From Octopus sinensis (taxonomy: Eukaryota): a stretch of DNA of 26,130 nucleotides. The notes under the pieces were generated by a model. The model saw nothing but the letters and a program-made list of their open reading frames with translations. It was not told the origin of the DNA and ran no database searches. Position numbers and translations under genes: made by a program. This document shows, in pieces, positions 20,495 to 26,130 of the stretch (the stretch's first letter is position 1; each line of letters begins with the position of its first letter). The stretch is from contig NW_021835617.1 in the NCBI RefSeq assembly GCF_006345805.1, forward strand, positions 1 to 26,130. Direction: 5' to 3'.

Positions 20495-21035
20495 TTGGGT
20501 TGTCCGGAAAGTTCGTGCCGATTTTTAAAGGAAAGAAAAAGGTCAATAAATACTTGCTATCATATTTTTAATCAACCAAATATGAACCATTTTGTTGCAC
20601 AATGCGTCTCCATCTTTCCTTTAATTTGAAAATACCCTCTTCCCAGAATTGATGTGGTTTCATGGCAAAGAATTCATCAAGGTATCTTTTTACGTCATCT
20701 AAGGAATTGAAATTTTTACCATTATGACTATTCTGCAGAGACCTGAATAAGTGGAAATCCGAAGGAGCAATATCTGGTGAATATTGAGGGTGGGGTAACA
20801 CATCCCAACCGAGCTGCAGCAATTTTTGTCTGGTTTCCAAACCACTAAGTGCCGAAAATGAACTTTCTTATCTTCCATTTTAAAGGGTTACAGAATTAAT
20901 ACAGATTATAGGAACATAAATTTTCTTCCACGAAAAGAGGTGCAGACAAATCCTATTTTATGAACTCAGCCATGTTCTAAAATAAGTCGAAAGGTAAGCT
21001 ACTATAAATCGGCACGAACTTTCCGGACAACCCAA
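20495..21035 (-). mobile_element. 541 bp internally deleted mariner (DD34D) element
   Basis: Perfect 30 bp TIRs TTGGGTTGTCCGGAAAGTTCGTGCCGATTT (20495-20524 and 21006-21035). TA TSD on both sides. Confidence 0.97.
20568..20878 (-). pseudogene. mariner transposase: first 10 codons fused to the C-terminal ~90 aa
   Basis: ATG at 20878 gives MEDKKVHFRH, with a deletion junction at ~20845-20850. The C-terminal part is TRQKLLQLGWDVLPHPQYSPDIAPSDFHLFRSL..GIFKLKERWRRIVQQNGSYLVD*, containing the YSPDxAPxD mariner motif. Confidence 0.95.
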
Positions 21036-21217
21036 TATTTAGGCAGTATAGTCTTCATTCACTTAAGCTAGTTATTTAATCATTTAATGAGAAAATACTC
21101 AACTAGGCAGATGGGGCTATGATTTTATGACTTTGTGAATTAATCAAAAGGGAACTATAGACCTCAAATATACCACATAAAAAAATATGAAATAGTAACA
21201 ACCAGCTACCTCGCCTT

Positions 21218-21445
21218 AAGGTGCATGGTCTTGTGGTCTGGATGTTGTACTCCAGATCATGTGATGCGTTGTATTCTTGAGTAAAGCACTTCAATTCACA
21301 CCAGTCCAGTGCACTCGGCTGGAGATGAGTTCCAGCAATGGATGTGAAGTTTACACTGCGACGGACTGGTGTCCCGTTCAAGGGTGAATTATAATCACAA
21401 TCGCCTATGTGCCATAATAACTGGATTAAGCTCCGCCTTTACGAA
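21218..21445 (+). mobile_element. decayed SINE related to 9039-9300
   Basis: TTCTTGAGTAAAGCACTTCA..CCAGTCCAGTGCACTCGGCTGG..CTGCGACGGACTGGTGTCCCGTTCA. Confidence 0.7.
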
Positions 21446-21554
21446 TTCTAGTGCTCTTGACATCGCGAGATGTCTAGATTTTTTGCTGACTGTTTATCGC
21501 GTGAGCCACTATTGAACTTATACGTTTAACCACATAAATTATAGCAGATGTTGA

Positions 21555-21612
21555 GGAAATGCCGTTAAACATCTTGCCCGCCGCGTTAACGCTTCTGCCA
21601 GCTCACTGCCTT
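21555..21612 (-). mobile_element. decayed SINE head
   Basis: GCGTTAACGCTTCTGCCAGCTCACTGCCTT is the reverse complement of the family head AAGGCAGCGAGCTGGCAGAAAACGTTAGC. Confidence 0.6.
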
Positions 21613-21736
21613 TATCAGAATATAAATTACGATGCTTAAATACATGCCAGGAAGTATCTAGTAGATAGACTAACTGACTTTCGTTCAATAGTAAATAATC
21701 ATTGAGACATCATGATGTCCCATGAGGTGGTAAACT

Positions 21737-21740
<4 letters not shown>

Positions 21741-21792
<52 letters not shown>

Positions 21793-21797
21793 ATATT
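21741..21797. repeat. (TA)n microsatellite
   Basis: Direct reading. Confidence 0.95.
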
Positions 21798-21977
21798 CTA
21801 TATTCTTTATGTGGTGTACTTGAACTCCATTCTTCCTTTTAAAAAAGAAAAAAATTCGTCCTAGTTGCTTCATTTACATAGACATAAATCCATAACACCG
21901 ACTACCTGTTGAGTCATCATACAGTCACGATGACTCAACAGATGGTTAAATATTCCTCTTAGACAAGCTAAAATTGT

Positions 21978-22157
21978 ATAGATAGATAGATAGATAGATA
22001 GATAGATGGATGGATGGATGGATGGATGGATGGATGGATGGATGGATGGATGGGTGGATGGATGGATGGATGGATGGATGGATGGATGGATGGGTGGGTG
22101 GATGGGTGGATGGGTGGATGGATGGATGGATGGATGGATGGATGGATGGATGGATAT
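21978..22157. repeat. (TAGA)n(GATG)n microsatellite
   Basis: Direct reading. Confidence 0.97.
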
Positions 22158-22537
22158 GGAAGACAACGTGGGTGGCTATTACATCAGTGTGCACATGGTT
22201 TACAATAATTGTCAGAGCGTATAGTCTAAATTATATCTACTGAGATTGCGGAATAAAGCATAGTTATAAAACACTCTCGATACATAAAGAGTTAATTAAA
22301 ATGATTGTCGGAGCGTAGAGGCCTTTATGCAGCGACAATCAATATAATAAAGACCGACCGTTATCTTGACACAAAATCCTCGTCACGCCTTTTTAAATTA
22401 CCGTCGTATTTAATAGAGCAATATCATTGTTATACTATTGAAGCATCGCTCTTATACCATTTAATATCGTCTATTATCCAGCGTGGTATTCTAAATACGA
22501 AAATCTTTAATACTCTTGATAACAGTTTCGTATTAGG

Positions 22538-22612
22538 TAAGAGGTTCTCAAACCGAGAAACTCGTACTTCTTGAGGTACACAAAAGAAATTTCAGGAGTA
22601 TTCGAGATTTAT
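22538..22612 (+). mobile_element. possible decayed hAT MITE terminus
   Basis: GAGGTTCTCAAAC..CGTACTTCTTGAGGTACAC..TTCAGGAGTATTCGAG resembles CAGxGGTTCTCAAAC hAT ends (from recall). No second TIR seen. Confidence 0.3.
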
Positions 22613-22695
22613 AAAAACACTGGAATTTTGAAGTAATCACCACAAGGTACTTTCCAAGAGTGCACTTTTAGATGTAGTAAAATATCTCTTATCGT

Positions 22696-22880
22696 TTGTT
22701 TGTGTCAGTCATTGGACAACAGTCAAGCCGAGGCACTGCCTTGAAAGGTTTCAGTCGAACGAATTGGCCACCAGTATTTATTAGTAAAAGACACTTATCC
22801 AAGATGCTCCGTAGTCGAACTAAACTCAGAATCATATGGTTTGGAAGCAAGCTTATTACCACACAGCCACGCCTGCACCT
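22696..22880 (-). mobile_element. decayed, internally deleted CORE-like SINE
   Basis: Minus-strand head GGTGCAGGCGTGGCTGTGTGGTAATAAGCTTGCTTCC matches the 4930-4978 family. Tail remnant AATGACTGA. Confidence 0.7.
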
Positions 22881-23844
22881 ATAACCATATAGATTAAAAA
22901 AGAAAGAGAAAATTACTCAAATATGTTGTTTGGAGTTTTCATATCCAAATACAATAATTAATAACAAATTATACATTGTCTGTTTCATGGTATCTATAAA
23001 ATAGCATCCACTATTGTCTGTTTTATGGTATCCAACCATTTTAAGATATATACTTCACAAGGGGTACTCCAACGCTGCTGGGCAATCCGAACAAATACAA
23101 TGGAAAAAAATGTTTGAGATTCTCTGTAACAGACGAACGACAGTTGCTAGCTTAAAAATCGACTCCTTTGTAAGATAATTTATAAATCAAACCATCGGTA
23201 CGGTAAGGCACCCACATCAGTGGAAGACTGTAAAATAGAGAGTAAGTTGCCCTTTAGGTCCGTAGGCTGGAGTGGAACCTTAGGCAAGTGCTAGCAACCT
23301 CTTGGCTTCTCGTGCCAGTGATACAGTGATTCCAGTGATACGGTGGAGGAGTCGTAGATCGATGTCTTGGATGTTATTACGGCCAAGAGGAAGATCTGTA
23401 ACATCAGACAATGGTTGAGAGTCAACTAGCAAGTGAATTGCGACTGCGAGGGCAGCCTGGTCGTCGACCATACTCGTTGCACTCTTGTACACAACTTGGT
23501 ACCTAGCGTGGAGACCCCGGGAAGCAGTCTGTTGGTGAGGGATGACGCCAACTGCTTCACTCACTGTTCAAAGCGTTTTGCTCAGAGAAAATTACTGATC
23601 AAGAACATTCAACATTGACCTATAACAGACGGCCGAAGGAGAAGATAAATCAAACCAACTAAGAATAGAATATGCGAGAGCTGTGACCACATGGTTCAAG
23701 GGCACGCTCTTGATCACATGCGTGACAGGATAAAGTATATGGTCAGTAGACCAATTAATTTGTCTCAAGAAATCGGAGACTTCTATCTTTTTTCAGCTTA
23801 TTGATTGGCTGTAATAGTTTCAATGCTATGGATACCAACCATTC

Positions 23845-23983
23845 ACACACATACACATACGCACGCACATACATAGACGTAATTTTTTAAATGATTCACT
23901 TACATTATCTTTTCTTGTGTGGATTTAAATGCATATATCGGCGTGTCGAGGCATATATGAATACAATCATCCATCCATCCATT

Positions 23984-24015
<32 letters not shown>

Positions 24016-24140
24016 CATACATACACACACATACACACACACATACATACATACATACATATATACATACATACATACATACATACATACATACATACAT
24101 ACATCATACATACTACATACATGTATACATACATACATAT
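23845..24140. repeat. (CA)/(CATC)/(TACA) microsatellite cluster
   Basis: Direct reading. Confidence 0.9.
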
Positions 24141-24235
24141 AAAAATCTAAAACTTTCCAGAAGTTTATCATTTAAGAATATATATATGCCTATCTAGACA
24201 TACAAACATATACTCTCTCTCTCTCTCTCTCTCTC

Positions 24236-24435
24236 TTTTACTCTTTTACTTGTTTCAGTCATTTGACTGCGGCCATACTGGAGCACCGCCTTCAGTCGAG
24301 CAAATCGACGCCGGGACTTATTCTTTGTTAGCCTAGTACTTATTCTATCGGTTTCTTTTGCCGAACTGCTAATTTACGGGGACATAAACACACCAGCATC
24401 GGTTGTCAAGTAATGCTAGGAGGCAAACTCAGACT

Positions 24436-24479
<44 letters not shown>

Positions 24480-24578
24480 TACGACGGGCTTCTTTCAGTT
24501 TCCGTCCACCAAATCCACTCACAAAGCTTTGGTCGGCCCGAAAATATAGTAGAAGACACTTGCCAAAGATGCCACGCA
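24236..24578 (-). mobile_element. 5'-truncated CORE-like SINE with internal (TA)n/(TG)n tract and structured tail
   Basis: Minus strand: GCGTGGCA..GGCAAGTGTCTTCTACTATA..GAAGCCCGTCG-(TA)n(TG)n-..CTTGACAACCG..GTCGAtttgcTCGAC..GGCGGTGCT..TGGCC..CAGTCaaatGACTG AAAC (AGTAAAAG)2. Confidence 0.9.
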
Positions 24579-24747
24579 TAAGAATAATATATAAAACAAA
24601 ACATACAAATCTGCACACGTACTGACTCCTACTATTGCACATGTGTACACAAATACAATGTGGATGTTGTTTAAATTCCAATGAAGGGACCTTGGATCTA
24701 GGTTAGAAATCGGCTCCTCTATTGGCAAGATATCTTGAAATAAAACT

Positions 24748-24796
24748 GAATACATACATACATACATTCATTCATTCATTCATTCATTCATTCATT
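24748..24796. repeat. (TACA)/(TTCA)n microsatellite, probably the tail of the adjacent SINE
   Basis: Direct reading. Confidence 0.85.
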
Positions 24797-25064
24797 AGGG
24801 CCGGTTTACCGGTTTCTTTGCGTATAGGTTCCCCACCTGGACGGGACATCGGTCCGTCGCAGGTGAGCTGCAAGATGCAAGAGGAAAGAGTGAGAGAAAG
24901 TTGTGGCGAAAGAGTTAGCAGAAGTTTCGCCATTACCTTCTGCCGATGCCGCGTGGAGCTTAGGTGTTTTCGCTCATAAACACACACATCGCCCTGTCTG
25001 AGATTCGAACCCGCGAGCCCTAGACCGCGAGTCCGCTGCTCTAACCACTAGGCCATGTGCATCC
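24797..25064 (-). mobile_element. tRNA-derived SINE (head A-like, V-domain-like tail Z)
   Basis: The head TGGCCTAGTGGTTAGAGCAGCGGACTCGCGGTC..GGGTTCGAATC..GAGCGAAAACACCTAAGCTCCACG matches 213 and 14958. The tail CTGCGACGGACCGATGTCCCGTCCAG..AAACCGG matches 9039-9150. Confidence 0.88.
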
Positions 25065-25100
25065 ACATACACACATACGTCGTAATAATTCTTTGTACAA

Positions 25101-25304
25101 TAGGCATAAGGTCAGAAATTTGGAGGTAGAGACTTGGCGATTACATCGTTCCCAAAGTCCATTTTATCTAGCTATTTTTTCAACCTCAAAAGGATGAAAG
25201 ACAATGTCGACCTTAACGGAATTTGAACACACAACGTAAAACCGGAAGAAATTCTACTAAGCATTTTCACCGATGCGCTAACGATTATGCCAGCTCGCTG
25301 CCTT
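25101..25304 (-). mobile_element. decayed SINE (GTCGACTTTGCCTTTCATCC family)
   Basis: AAAGGATGAAAGACAATGTCGACC..GGAATTTGAAC..CTAAGCATTT..GCGCTAACGATTATGCCAGCTCGCTGCCTT. Confidence 0.8.
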
Positions 25305-25338
25305 GGGATGTCTCGTAATAATGGGATTAGGATTGAGC

Positions 25339-25392
25339 GTAATTAGAACTGAACGTAATTAAAACTGAAACAAATAATTAGGACTGAAACAA
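25339..25392. repeat. three-copy 16-19 bp minisatellite
   Basis: GTAATTAGAACTGAAC / GTAATTAAAACTGAAACAA / ATAATTAGGACTGAAACAA. Confidence 0.7.
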
Positions 25393-25850
25393 GCACATTT
25401 ATTAAGGGAAGTGTGTTATGTATAAACAAGATACAAATAAAACCTGCACCATCATTAACAGATACCCTAAATACACACCGGCCCTACAGGTTGAGGGATA
25501 CTGAAAAGCAAATGGGGCGATGTTTCGGTTGTCGTAAACTTCGCCGCAAATGGCGAGGAAGTGAGTAGCAGTTGGAGACATTAAATGTAAATAAGAGTGA
25601 GTCAAAAAATTATTATTTATAGGGTTGTCATGAAAGGATTTTGCAATGGCTGGAATAGCAAGTCGTCTGCACAATGCGAAATAGCAACATCTTGTAAATT
25701 TTGCGAGACGCATATTTCCACATTATTTCAAAATTTATATTAAAAAGCAAAAAGAAGAGAAAGAGAAAATGAATTTGAAAATAAAACATACAACGTACAT
25801 GATACTAATTATGAATGATGGATGTTCATGAGCACATGCACAAGCACACA

Positions 25851-26066
25851 GGTACAAACGCACACGCGTATAAAGTAGCACGCGCGCGCACACACACACA
25901 CACAACACATGCACTCACGCATACATACACACGTACGCACGTACACACACACGCGCACACACATACATACACACATACACTCACACGCACACACATACAC
26001 GCACAAACACATACATACACACACGCGTAGATACACACACACATACACAACATCACATACAAACAT
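25851..26066. repeat. imperfect (CA)n/(CG) microsatellite
   Basis: Direct reading. Confidence 0.92.
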
Positions 26067-26130
26067 GCAAGTGCCAAAAAAACTTATGCTTTTCTAGCTT
26101 ATGCATTCACTAACACAAAACATTGTCATT

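Noticed and set aside
22302-22574. 89 aa plus-strand ORF and a 9 bp inverted repeat (TGATTGTCG/CGACAATCA)
   Set aside because: It has a non-ATG start and no recognisable motif, and it runs into a probable hAT relic. A 9 bp stem with a 22 nt loop is within chance.

Overview
Eukaryotic, AT-rich, almost entirely non-coding and repeat-dominated DNA. It is most likely intronic or intergenic sequence of a coleoid cephalopod (Octopus-like). That assignment is inferred from the tRNA-derived SINE families as I recall them and from the extreme microsatellite density, not from a database search. I can support no intact protein-coding gene, rRNA, bona fide tRNA or CRISPR array, and most ORFs in the track are microsatellite artefacts. 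Main contents: (1) a ~3 kb array of ~6.2 near-identical ~478 bp units with a fold-back inversion at 3053/3054, sitting inside the internal (TA)n tract of one SINE copy; (2) a 5'-truncated, decayed CR1-group LINE (ORF1 remnant, near-complete EN+RT ORF2, 3' UTR) at ~16569-19781; (3) three Tc1/mariner deletion derivatives (5194-5881, 12570-12803, 20495-21035); (4) many SINE copies built from shuffled head and tail modules, three with clear 13-17 bp TSDs; (5) an RTE LINE relic and weak hAT-like relics; (6) a few low-confidence splice-bounded candidate exons. The most interesting observations are the fold-back array geometry and a double-hairpin 3' architecture shared by the LINE and a SINE whose stem sequences differ entirely.
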